A stretch of DNA of 44,582 nucleotides from a virus, in the IMG/VR virus record IMGVR_UViG_3300011888_000001, positions 1 to 44,582 of that record; one strand, given 5' to 3'. The translations under genes and the position numbers were made by a program. Position 1 is the first letter of the stretch. The number at the start of each line of letters is the position of its first letter. Below the pieces are notes generated by a model. It saw only the letters and a program-made list of their open reading frames with translations. It was not told where the DNA came from and ran no database searches. This document shows, piece by piece, positions 32,811 to 40,386 of the stretch.

Positions 32811-34223
32811 ATGGCAGATTTACCGTGGTACGAAGTCGTGCAGCCGAGTTTCGTCAATGGCCGCTATTACCAAGTGGGCGAGGTAGTTCAGGTGGACGGC
32901 GCGGTCGGTGATGGCTTCTCGCCATTGAGCCCGGGCGATGCCGCCAAGAAGCGCAACATCCCGGTCCTGCTGCCGCACGACCTGTCGAATCAGCATCTGA
33001 ATCCGACCACTAGCGTCTTCACCAAACACCTATTCGGGCGTCTGAAGACCCAGGCCGCGCCGAACGCCATCACCTTCCACATGCAGGTGGAGCTCGAGAC
33101 CGACTTCCTGTCCTTCCGAATCGGCATCCCCAACATCCACACCGCAGCGGTGACCGGCGTTAAGGCCAGCGTCGGGGTGTGTTCATCAGTTCCGGCAGCA
33201 GACTTCCAGGTCTTCCTGGCGCCGGAGAACAACGAGTGGATCGACTGCACCTTCAACGGCGCAGCCACGGTTGACCTGCCGGCGCAGATCGCCGTCGAGC
33301 GCTACAGCATGAGCTGGTCGGACTTCGTCTTCCTACCCAGCATTCCGCGGGTTGACGCCAGCACCGGGCGCACCCTGGTCATGATCCGGATCGAGTACCC
33401 TGCCGGCTCCACCCTGAGCACCCCGTACAACGACCTGTACTTCTGGCGCGGTGCCAGTGCGGCGCGTGTGTACCGCAGCTCGAACCAGGAGGTCCAAGGC
33501 GTCACCACCAAATCGGCCTTCACCCAGAACAACGTGGTCAGCTCTGGCGGCGATACCAAGGCAGTCGTGCCGGCCATCCAGTACACCACGCTGGCCCGCG
33601 GCCATCAGCTCATGATCATGGGCGACAGCATCCAGGAAGGCCTGGGCGGCAACGTCCGCGACTTTGGCGCCATCCAGCGGGCGGCCTACGAGATTTCCAC
33701 ACCCTCGCGTCCGATGGAGTATTTCAACGCCGGCCTGCACGCTCAGGCACCGGACACCTACAGCCGGATGCTGGAAGACCACGGCCCCAATGTGCGTCCG
33801 ACCATCCTGACCTACTCGCCCTGGTCCGGGAACGATGTGACTGCCGGCAGCGGCTTGACTACCGCGGCCATGCGCCGGCTGAAGGGATCACTGGGCCGGG
33901 TGTACGCCACGCTGCGTACCGGCGGCATGAGGCCGGTGATTCTCTTCCCGGAAGCGCTGCCTGCCAACACCGCCTACCGAAATGTGGGCGCCGCCGACCA
34001 GATCCGCCGCGACTACAACGACAACGTCTTGCCCCAGTTCCAGGGCGGGTACGTCATGAAGGGCTACGCCGCGGCGCTGACCGGCACCCGCGACGCCAGC
34101 GGCCAGGACCAGATCAAGGCCGGCGCAACCGGTGATGGAGTCCACCCGAACGACGTGGGGTACGAACTGCTTAAGCCTGTCGTGAAGGCCTACCTGCAGC
34201 AGCTGATTGACCGCACTCGATAG
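32811..34223 (+). CDS. SGNH/GDSL-family esterase with about 300-aa N-terminal domain (470 aa)
   Basis: In-frame ATG 32811. LMIMGDSIQEGLGG (block I GDS), SPWSGND (block III), GDGVHPN (block V DxxH). It is the last gene before attP. Confidence 0.75.
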   Translation: MADLPWYEVVQPSFVNGRYYQVGEVVQVDGAVGDGFSPLSPGDAAKKRNIPVLLPHDLSNQHLNPTTSVFTKHLFGRLKTQAAPNAITFHMQVELETDFLSFRIGIPNIHTAAVTGVKASVGVCSSVPAADFQVFLAPENNEWIDCTFNGAATVDLPAQIAVERYSMSWSDFVFLPSIPRVDASTGRTLVMIRIEYPAGSTLSTPYNDLYFWRGASAARVYRSSNQEVQGVTTKSAFTQNNVVSSGGDTKAVVPAIQYTTLARGHQLMIMGDSIQEGLGGNVRDFGAIQRAAYEISTPSRPMEYFNAGLHAQAPDTYSRMLEDHGPNVRPTILTYSPWSGNDVTAGSGLTTAAMRRLKGSLGRVYATLRTGGMRPVILFPEALPANTAYRNVGAADQIRRDYNDNVLPQFQGGYVMKGYAAALTGTRDASGQDQIKAGATGDGVHPNDVGYELLKPVVKAYLQQLIDRTR

Positions 34224-34226
34224 CCT

Positions 34227-34254
34227 GGTGCAAATCGGGTGCACCGACTGCACC
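34227..34254. repeat. GGTGCA repeats, candidate integrase arm sites (P arm)
   Basis: GGTGCA at 34227 and 34238 (11-bp spacing). Inverted TGCACC at 34249. GGTGCACC (34238-34245) is palindromic. Confidence 0.5.
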
Positions 34255-34348
34255 AAACCATGTGGGTGCGTGTTGGGTCAGGCTTGGTTGAAATGAGGAC
34301 CTGGAGCGGGTCCCAGCAGGGGCGCCGCTCTAGATTCGTACCCGAGCG

Positions 34349-34411
34349 ACGGATTCGAAATCCGTTGAGTCAGCAATGGCTCCTAGGGTTCAAATCCCTA
34401 TCTCTCCGCCA
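34349..34411 (+). other. attP core: 3' two-thirds of a tRNA-Ser(CGA) (anticodon arm to CCA), no 5' half
   Basis: Anticodon arm ACGGA-TTCGAAA-TCCGT (anticodon CGA), long variable arm, T arm TAGGG-TTCAAAT-CCCTA, acceptor 3' strand TCTCTCC-G-CCA. The complementary GGAGAGA is absent upstream. Lies directly upstream of the integrase gene. Confidence 0.75.
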
Positions 34412-34420
34412 CAAATCAAG

Positions 34421-34457
34421 GGTCCCAGGGGTTTGCGCCTCTGGGGCCTTTTTCGTT
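34421..34457 (+). terminator. Terminator downstream of the tRNA fragment
   Basis: Imperfect stem GGTCCCAGGGG/CCTCTGGGGCC followed by TTTTTCGTTT. Confidence 0.6.
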
Positions 34458-34469
34458 TCTGGCGTATTT

Positions 34470-34509
34470 GGTGCAATTCTGGTGCAACGGGTGCGCTCGC
34501 TACACCAAA
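34470..34509. repeat. GGTGCA repeats, candidate integrase arm sites (P-prime arm)
   Basis: GGTGCA at 34470 and 34481, GGTGCG at 34490, and inverted TACACCAAA at 34501 (compare TGCACCAAA at 34249). Confidence 0.5.
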
Positions 34510-34532
34510 TTCAGCAAGCTAAACTTGTAGGC

Positions 34533-35510
34533 ATGGCTACCTACATCAAGCGCGGCGACGCATGGCGCGCCCAGATCCGGCGCAAAGGACACCCAGCACT
34601 GTCGGCCACCTTCGACACGAAGGCGGAGGCACAGCGCTGGGCGGCTGAAATCGAAGGCGACATGTCCCGAGCTCGGTTCGTCGATCTCCGGGAAGCCGAG
34701 CAGACCACCCTGGCCGAAGCACTCGAGCGGTACCGCCGCGAAGTGACCCAGGGCAAGAAGGGTCGGCGCCAGGAAGAGATCAGGATCGACCGCCTAGTCG
34801 AGTCCCGCTATGGGGCCATGTCCCTCGCTGCCATCAAGTCATCCACTATGGCCGACTACCGGGATTCCGAACTGAAGCGCGGCGTATCGACGGCAACCGT
34901 CCGTCTGAATCTGGCAATCCTGTCCCACCTTTATACGGTGGCGGTGAAGGACTGGGGTATCCAGGGCCTGGTGAACCCCTGCAAGAACATCCGGATGCCG
35001 AAGGGTAGCAAGCAGCGCGAACGTCGTCCGACGCAGGCTGAACTGGACAGGCTGTACAAGGCCGCCGGCGAGATGAACGCTCAGCTGCCAGTCATCATTG
35101 AGCTGGCTATCGAAACGGCCATGCGCCGCTCCGAGCTGGTCATGCTGCGGAAAGATCAGATACGGGGAAAGGTGGCGTTCCTCGAGGACACGAAGAACGG
35201 CGAGCGCCGGGCGGTACCCCTGTCGAAGCGGGCCCTGGAGCTCTTGGCGGGATTGCCCACGCCGATTGGCGGCGGGCGGTACTTCTCGCTGACTCTGAAT
35301 ACCGTCAGCAACTACTTCCCGAAAGCCTGCGCCGCGGCTGGAGTGGAAGGCTTGCGCCTTCACGATCTCCGGCACGAGGCGACGAGTCGGCTATTCGAGC
35401 GGGGCTTTAACATGATGGAAGTGGCCTCCATCACAGGCCACAAGACCCTTGCGGTCTTGAAAAGATATACCCATCTCAGCCCGCACGACCTTGCTGAGCG
35501 TCTTGGATAG
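34533..35510 (+). CDS. int: Tyrosine integrase (325 aa)
   Basis: ATG 34533 (MATYIKRGDAWRAQIRRKG...). Catalytic-type motifs AMRRSEL, HDLRHE, ITGHK, RYTHL. The track ORF start at 34239 reads through the tRNA fragment and is rejected. Confidence 0.92.
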   Translation: MATYIKRGDAWRAQIRRKGHPALSATFDTKAEAQRWAAEIEGDMSRARFVDLREAEQTTLAEALERYRREVTQGKKGRRQEEIRIDRLVESRYGAMSLAAIKSSTMADYRDSELKRGVSTATVRLNLAILSHLYTVAVKDWGIQGLVNPCKNIRMPKGSKQRERRPTQAELDRLYKAAGEMNAQLPVIIELAIETAMRRSELVMLRKDQIRGKVAFLEDTKNGERRAVPLSKRALELLAGLPTPIGGGRYFSLTLNTVSNYFPKACAAAGVEGLRLHDLRHEATSRLFERGFNMMEVASITGHKTLAVLKRYTHLSPHDLAERLG

Positions 35511-35841
35511 CCTCCCCGATCTTGGCGGCGGCACGAACAATGGCGCGCCGCAGAGTCTCGCAGGCGTCACCGGTGTCCAACTGCTCTGTCCTTTGGTCGG
35601 CCAGCCATCCAGCAGCTTTGCTGCCGACAACTCGCTCTGTGGCCATGTGGAGTTTCACTGCCAATCTAAAAGCATCACCGTCGTCGGTTAGCGGATTCCA
35701 GTAGAAGAGCTCAGGGCGCGTTCCGGCTATGAAGCCGGCGCCGTAGAGGTCGCCATTATCGGTTTGCCAGTCTTCGCCCCATTCTATTAGCGGAATGCCA
35801 GCAGCCTTCGCTGCCAGCTCCAGCAGTTCACGATCATTCAT
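35476..35841 (-). CDS. Hypothetical protein, paralogue of 5683..5985 (121 aa)
   Basis: ATG 35841 (TGATG overlap with the xis stop). MNDRELLELAAKAAG...WNPLTDDGDAFRLAVKLHMATERVVG...CETLRRAIVRAAAKIG. The 3' end overlaps the convergent int gene by 35 nt. Confidence 0.8.
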   Translation of the reverse strand: MNDRELLELAAKAAGIPLIEWGEDWQTDNGDLYGAGFIAGTRPELFYWNPLTDDGDAFRLAVKLHMATERVVGSKAAGWLADQRTEQLDTGDACETLRRAIVRAAAKIGEAIQDAQQGRAG

Positions 35842-36092
35842 CACGCAACCCCCCGCAACGTCGGCGGCTCTCGCCGCTTTCTCCCCGGCTTGGCCTTATG
35901 ATGCTGGCCGTCCACGTACTCGCGCAGGAACTTGCGCACATCCTCTCTCAGCCAGGCGTGCTTGCCCGCGATCTTCGTTCCCTTCGGCAGCCACTCAACG
36001 CCCCGGCGAATTCCTTCCCTGATAGACGCCTCGGTCTTGCCCAGCATCTTTGCCAGGCCGGCCAGGTAGATCACTTCGCTTTCTTCGCTCAT
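35841..36092 (-). CDS. xis: Excisionase-like HTH protein (83 aa)
   Basis: ATG 36092 after AGGAG. VIYLAGLAKMLGKTEASIREGIRRGVEWLP...KHAWLREDVRKFL resembles AlpA/Xis-type HTH proteins. Lies adjacent to int. Confidence 0.6.
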   Translation of the reverse strand: MSEESEVIYLAGLAKMLGKTEASIREGIRRGVEWLPKGTKIAGKHAWLREDVRKFLREYVDGQHHKAKPGRKRREPPTLRGVA

Positions 36093-36268
36093 GGCTGCTC
36101 CTTGGCCTGGCCGCACATGACTGGTTTATACCAGGATGGCGGGCTAGAAGTTCCTATCTCGCAATCGATCGCATCGTTTCCGCACTTGTCACATCTGCCA
36201 GTGCTGAAACTTGATCCCGATGTCATCCAGCAATTCCCGCACTTTCTGCACTTGAAATAACCCTTCAT
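36089..36268 (-). CDS. Zinc-ribbon-like mini-protein (59 aa), not in the ORF track as a separate gene
   Basis: Hand translation: MKGYFKCRKCGNCWMTSGSSFSTGRCDKCGNDAIDCEIG... (CxxC...CxxC). ATGA overlaps at both ends. A/T-rich codons. Confidence 0.55.
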   Translation of the reverse strand: MKGYFKCRKCGNCWMTSGSSFSTGRCDKCGNDAIDCEIGTSSPPSWYKPVMCGQAKEQP

Positions 36269-36537
36269 ACGCCTCCCGTGTCGCGCATAGCGGCGTCGAT
36301 GTCTGCGTCGGACCAGTCGGCGGGGTGCGCATCGTTTGCACGCAGCCACCGATACCGCCCCGTCTCCGCCTTCAGCCGCTGGATCTCCGGCACGCATGCG
36401 GTGTGCAGGTCGGAGCCAGCGCCGAGGCGTAGCGCGTTGCCGATCTGCTGCAGCACCTCGCCGTGCTTGTTGGTCATTTCGAGCTGAGCACGCAGCTGCT
36501 CTATCTCTGCCCGTAGCCGCTGTACGAGGATGGTCAT
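36265..36537 (-). CDS. Coiled-coil protein with RYRWLR motif (90 aa)
   Basis: Track ORF. LRAEIEQLRAQLE... followed by GRYRWLRAND, a motif I associate with Ea22/ead-type lambdoid early proteins (from memory). Confidence 0.55.
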   Translation of the reverse strand: MTILVQRLRAEIEQLRAQLEMTNKHGEVLQQIGNALRLGAGSDLHTACVPEIQRLKAETGRYRWLRANDAHPADWSDADIDAAMRDTGGV

Positions 36538-37001
36538 GGCTGGGCTCCTGCAAATCGCTCGATCAGTTCGGCCTCGAGCTGAGCGACTTTCCCGTCGAAA
36601 TCTTCTACGGTCGTAGTCCTTGAGCAGCGGGCCTCCTCATCAAAGCCACAAGGGACGCCGCGCTCAGTCCACCAGGCATGGGCGAAGTCGAATACTTCGC
36701 GCGTTATAGGCGTGTCGAACCAATAGGAATTTCCTGGGCGCCCATTCCATACGAGGCCAGGGGTGGCTCCTATCAATCTCTTCAGCCGCACACCAAGCCG
36801 GCCTTTGCTCAACGGCAACTGCAGATTCTCGCGGCAAATCATGTACTGGGCCTGTGAATAGAAAATCCAGGGACGGTCCTTGTTCATGAGGCCTTTCCTG
36901 TCGCCGAAATAGTTTTCGATCACCCCTCTGGCGGCGCGCTTCACCTGCTCTCGCCAGATGGCGCGCAGGATTTGTTCATCCGATACCTTTTTCGTAGACA
37001 T
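36534..37001 (-). CDS. Hypothetical protein (155 aa)
   Basis: ATG 37001 preceded by GAGGA (alternative ATG at 37013). No recognisable motif. Lower GC than its neighbours. Confidence 0.55.
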   Translation of the reverse strand: MSTKKVSDEQILRAIWREQVKRAARGVIENYFGDRKGLMNKDRPWIFYSQAQYMICRENLQLPLSKGRLGVRLKRLIGATPGLVWNGRPGNSYWFDTPITREVFDFAHAWWTERGVPCGFDEEARCSRTTTVEDFDGKVAQLEAELIERFAGAQP

Positions 37002-37055
37002 GACAGTCCTCATCCCGCGCCAGGGCGCAGGTTCAATGGGGTAGGGCTTATGGGA

Positions 37056-37229
37056 TCAGGCGGACTTGCGAGGCCGGCCGCCCTTGCTGTGTGGCGGTAG
37101 GTTCAACCAGAGTCGCAGGTCGTTGATGTTTCCGTGAGAGCAGCCGGTGACATACATAATGTCCCGGGGCGCATAGCCAGCCAGTAGCATCGCGATGATG
37201 GCGTCCTTGTGCTTGGTGGATGCGCTCAC
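37056..37229 (-). CDS. Small HTH protein (57 aa)
   Basis: GTG 37229 after GAGGAG. DAIIAMLLAGYAPRDIMYVTGCSHGNINDLRLW is HTH-like. C-terminal GGRPRK. Confidence 0.5.
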   Translation of the reverse strand: MSASTKHKDAIIAMLLAGYAPRDIMYVTGCSHGNINDLRLWLNLPPHSKGGRPRKSA

Positions 37230-37306
37230 GGTCTTCTCCTCGCCAGCGGCCAGCACTGGCAGTCGTCGTCAGCCTTGTGGCAGCGGGGGCAGGTCAGAAG
37301 GATCAT
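37226..37306 (-). CDS. Cys-rich micro-protein (26 aa), not in the ORF track
   Basis: MILLTCPRCHKADDDCQCWPLARRRP. GGAG lies 6 nt upstream of ATG 37306. GTGA overlap with the downstream HTH gene. Confidence 0.3.
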   Translation of the reverse strand: MILLTCPRCHKADDDCQCWPLARRRP

Positions 37307-37309
37307 GCG

Positions 37310-37585
37310 TCACTCCTCCGGCCACAAGTTGTACTTGTCGCAGATTGCTGTCATGTCCTGGCGGGCGCGGTACACCGAGATTTCGCCGGCATCGATCTGA
37401 ACCTGCTTGATGTATCGCATCCCAGGCTTGATGGAGCCCTCGTCAGCGTCGACTTTCTGGATGACATCCCAATCCGCCGGCTCGAATTCTTCCTGCCCGA
37501 GCCCCGCCCAGCAGTACCAGTGATATGCCCCGCACGGGTATTCCTTGCGAGCAACCGGGGTGCTTTCGCTCAGTATCGTGGCCAT
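37310..37585 (-). CDS. Hypothetical protein (91 aa)
   Basis: ATG 37585 (TGATG coupling). MATILSESTPVARKEYPCGAYHWYCWAGLG... Confidence 0.55.
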   Translation of the reverse strand: MATILSESTPVARKEYPCGAYHWYCWAGLGQEEFEPADWDVIQKVDADEGSIKPGMRYIKQVQIDAGEISVYRARQDMTAICDKYNLWPEE

Positions 37586-38067
37586 CACTCACCCCCTTCG
37601 CCGGCCTGGGCGCGCATGGCGTCGATCCGGTCGAGATCGGCGTACATATCGCGCATAGCCTGTAGTTCGTGACACCAGTATCCGTTCAGGTCTTCAGCTG
37701 TGGGGTCCAATCCGCCCGGCTCCAGATCGATCAGTCGCTCCATGGCGTTAAGCCAGGACCGGCGATGGGTTCGCAGGTTGTCGGGTAGCACCGCCTCATC
37801 CCCATGCGCGGCGGCAGGCGTGGCGGCGACCTCCTGCCCGATACGATGGTCTTCCTCTGCCCAGCAGTAGCAGGGTTGCCAGTCGCCTTGGCGCAGTACG
37901 ACATGGTTCGAACGTTCCCGGTATTTCCGGGCCGGCAGCTCACCAGCGGCGGGCTGGGCGAGCCTGAAGCCTGCCTTGAAGTACTCGAAGCCGGTGCGCG
38001 TCATCTTGGTCTGCCCGGTTACTTCGCAGTGCCGGGTATAGGCCTGCTGCAGCTCTTGCTCATTCAT
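37585..38067 (-). CDS. Hypothetical protein with QPCxCWA..DHRIG.EV module (160 aa)
   Basis: ATG 38067 (MNEQELQQ...). Shares a motif block with 3471..3827. Confidence 0.6.
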   Translation of the reverse strand: MNEQELQQAYTRHCEVTGQTKMTRTGFEYFKAGFRLAQPAAGELPARKYRERSNHVVLRQGDWQPCYCWAEEDHRIGQEVAATPAAAHGDEAVLPDNLRTHRRSWLNAMERLIDLEPGGLDPTAEDLNGYWCHELQAMRDMYADLDRIDAMRAQAGEGGE

Positions 38068-38365
38068 GCTCAGCACCTCGCACGGCGGGCTTGCTTACTG
38101 GATACCACCAACCCTCTCCGCGTCTTTCGGCGGGCTGGGTGGCGAGGGCGGCGCGGGCTTCTCGCTCCTCCCGTCCGATCACGTAGAACTGCTCCAGCCA
38201 GTGGCCGGCAGGTGGCGGGTTGGCGCCCTGGGCGCCGAACATCATCGCGCCAATGATGGCGTCGATTAGGTCCTGCTTGTAGCGGTTGTCGCCGTCGATA
38301 CTCAGACCTTTCAGGCGTAGCTGGGTGAGCTGCTCATTCATCGCAGCTTGGTCATTCTGGGTCAT
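38060..38365 (-). CDS. Hypothetical protein (101 aa)
   Basis: Track ORF. No clear SD. An alternative internal ATG (MNEQLTQL) exists. Confidence 0.45.
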   Translation of the reverse strand: MTQNDQAAMNEQLTQLRLKGLSIDGDNRYKQDLIDAIIGAMMFGAQGANPPPAGHWLEQFYVIGREEREARAALATQPAERRGEGWWYPVSKPAVRGAEHE

Positions 38366-38409
38366 GGGTCAATACTCTGTCGGCACGCCAGATGGCGTGA
38401 GGGGAGGGG

Positions 38410-39903
38410 TCAGGCGAATATTTCGAGCTGAGTGCTCGCGGGCGCCGATTTGGCAGCTCGCATTCGAGATGCCTCGTGCTCTATGCGCGCCCGGGCGATA
38501 GACAGGTAGGCCGCATCCAGCTCGCAGCCGATGAACCGCAACCCTTCCCTTATGGCCGCCTTGCCGGTAGAGCCAGAGCCCATGAACGGGTCCAGCACGA
38601 TGCCGCCTGGCGGCGTCACCAGGCGGCACAGGTAGGCCATCAGGTCGGTCGGCTTGACGGTGGGATGGGTGTTGCCGGTGGTTGCGGTGTTCTCGACCTT
38701 GCGCAGGGTGACGCCATGGGCGAACTGGGGGCCAGGGTCCTGCAGGCCCTCGTTGCGGTCTTTGCGGCTGGTCTTGGCGCAGTAGAAGAATCGGGCGGCG
38801 CTGCCAGAGTCAGCACGCGGGGTATATTGCTTGCCGCCGTGGCTCAAGGCTCCGTAGCAGTTGGCCCTGGACCGCTGGTTGTCGCTACTAACGCCCTGCT
38901 GGCCAGGTGCATCAGGAAACAGCGCTACCACCTCGTCGCTGCCATCGTGGATCAGGTTGGCGGGCCAGCGGCCGTCCTTCGTGTGCCCTTCGAAGGTCAC
39001 ACCCTCCTGATGGGTCTTTCCGGTCTTGTTCTGATCGGCACCAGGCGCCATCCGCTGCACGGCGTAGGCATACCCCTGAGAATCTCCAGAATGTACCCGG
39101 CACCCATCGATATTCAGTGCCCCAGCCCCATGCGCCAGAACGTTCGCCGCAACAGTCCCGGCGAGCGGCTTGCGGGCGACGGTGATCGGCTCCATGGCCG
39201 GCTTGAGGGCCGTGCCCCAGCCAGACCACTGCTGCGCCAGTTGAGTACAGGCATTCCCCTTATCAGCGCGCTCATAATTCGCGCCAGACATCGATCCGTT
39301 TCTACTCACCTCGGCGCCTGCTCGACCACGCCACACTCTCTCGATAAGCTCGGACCAGCGCTCATGCTCAATACCCACTACTCTACAGATAATTTCCCAT
39401 TTCTCAGGCGACGGAAGGCTGACTCCCCAGCCCTTGGGATCTTCGCTGTATGGCGTATCGAAGCGCATCGTGAAGCCACACTGCGAGTCGATATTCTTGC
39501 GCGACAGACAGCTTTCCTCAACTGATCGGCGAAGATCAGCCTTGAAGGCAGCAACATCTACGCCGCCCATTTTGTCGATCGCCTTGCTCACGTCCAGCGA
39601 TTTGGGAAAGCCCGATCCGTAGACCCAGGCAATCATGTCGCGGATCTCGAACCCGGCGTCCTCAATGCGGACCGCCATCCGGTGCTGGGTTCGGGTGCCG
39701 GCGAACGCCAGCAGGTGGCCGCCAGGCTTAAGAACGCGAAGGCACTCGGCCCAAATTTCGGTGCTCGGAACGTCATAGTCCCAGCGCTTGCCCATGAAGC
39801 TCAGGCCATAGGGCGGATCGGTCACGATGCTATCGACCGAGCACGCGGGCATGGCCCGCAAGGTCTCCAGGCAATCGCCCAGATGCAGGGTGTATCTCTC
39901 CAT
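38410..39903 (-). CDS. Orphan DNA methyltransferase, beta-class N6A/N4C family (DPPY), 497 aa
   Basis: Motif IV TDPPYG at residues 28-33. Motif I DPFMGSGSTG near the C-terminus. HPTVKP and RWPAN motifs are present. About 300 aa separate the conserved blocks. No adjacent restriction gene. Confidence 0.88.
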   Translation of the reverse strand: MERYTLHLGDCLETLRAMPACSVDSIVTDPPYGLSFMGKRWDYDVPSTEIWAECLRVLKPGGHLLAFAGTRTQHRMAVRIEDAGFEIRDMIAWVYGSGFPKSLDVSKAIDKMGGVDVAAFKADLRRSVEESCLSRKNIDSQCGFTMRFDTPYSEDPKGWGVSLPSPEKWEIICRVVGIEHERWSELIERVWRGRAGAEVSRNGSMSGANYERADKGNACTQLAQQWSGWGTALKPAMEPITVARKPLAGTVAANVLAHGAGALNIDGCRVHSGDSQGYAYAVQRMAPGADQNKTGKTHQEGVTFEGHTKDGRWPANLIHDGSDEVVALFPDAPGQQGVSSDNQRSRANCYGALSHGGKQYTPRADSGSAARFFYCAKTSRKDRNEGLQDPGPQFAHGVTLRKVENTATTGNTHPTVKPTDLMAYLCRLVTPPGGIVLDPFMGSGSTGKAAIREGLRFIGCELDAAYLSIARARIEHEASRMRAAKSAPASTQLEIFA

Positions 39904-39912
39904 GGGGATTCC

Positions 39913-40386
39913 TTACGCAGCCTGAGTGCGCTCAACGTGCGCCCAGGCGCCGGTGACGTCGTAGATATGCGCCGCCTGCTCCTCGCTGAGGGAGACGCCG
40001 CAGGGGTTGGCTATCCAGGCGCTGCCGACGATGTGGCGCCGGTTGCAGGTGTCTCGCAGGGCCTTGTAGTGGTGCTCGATGACGTCGGTGAGCGCCTCGG
40101 CCTTGTGCACGCCTGCCGTCGCGATCTCGCTCGACTTGATGTAACGGACGCCGAACTGGTCTTCGCAGAAGAACGAGAAGTACACCGTCCACTGGTGAGC
40201 AATGTCGCAGACCGCCGTGGCCACCCGATCGCCGTGGGTGACCCGCTTGCCGTTCTTCATGTTGATCGGGAACTGGCCGCCGTCTGGATCGATATTGAGT
40301 ACGGCGACGTGATTGGTCCGGAGCACTGCTTTGCTGGAGCGCTCCATGCGGGCCTTCATGTTGTTCCGCTTGCGTGGCTTGCTCAT
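39913..40386 (-). CDS. Hypothetical protein (157 aa)
   Basis: Track ORF with ATGA coupling upstream. Basic N-terminus. Confidence 0.55.
   Translation of the reverse strand: MSKPRKRNNMKARMERSSKAVLRTNHVAVLNIDPDGGQFPINMKNGKRVTHGDRVATAVCDIAHQWTVYFSFFCEDQFGVRYIKSSEIATAGVHKAEALTDVIEHHYKALRDTCNRRHIVGSAWIANPCGVSLSEEQAAHIYDVTGAWAHVERTQAA

Noticed and set aside
34239-34532. N-terminal extension of the integrase ORF in the track (start 34239).
   Set aside because: It would read through the tRNA-Ser fragment, its terminator and the GGTGCA repeats. ATG 34533 gives a standard integrase N-terminus (MATYIKRGDAW...).
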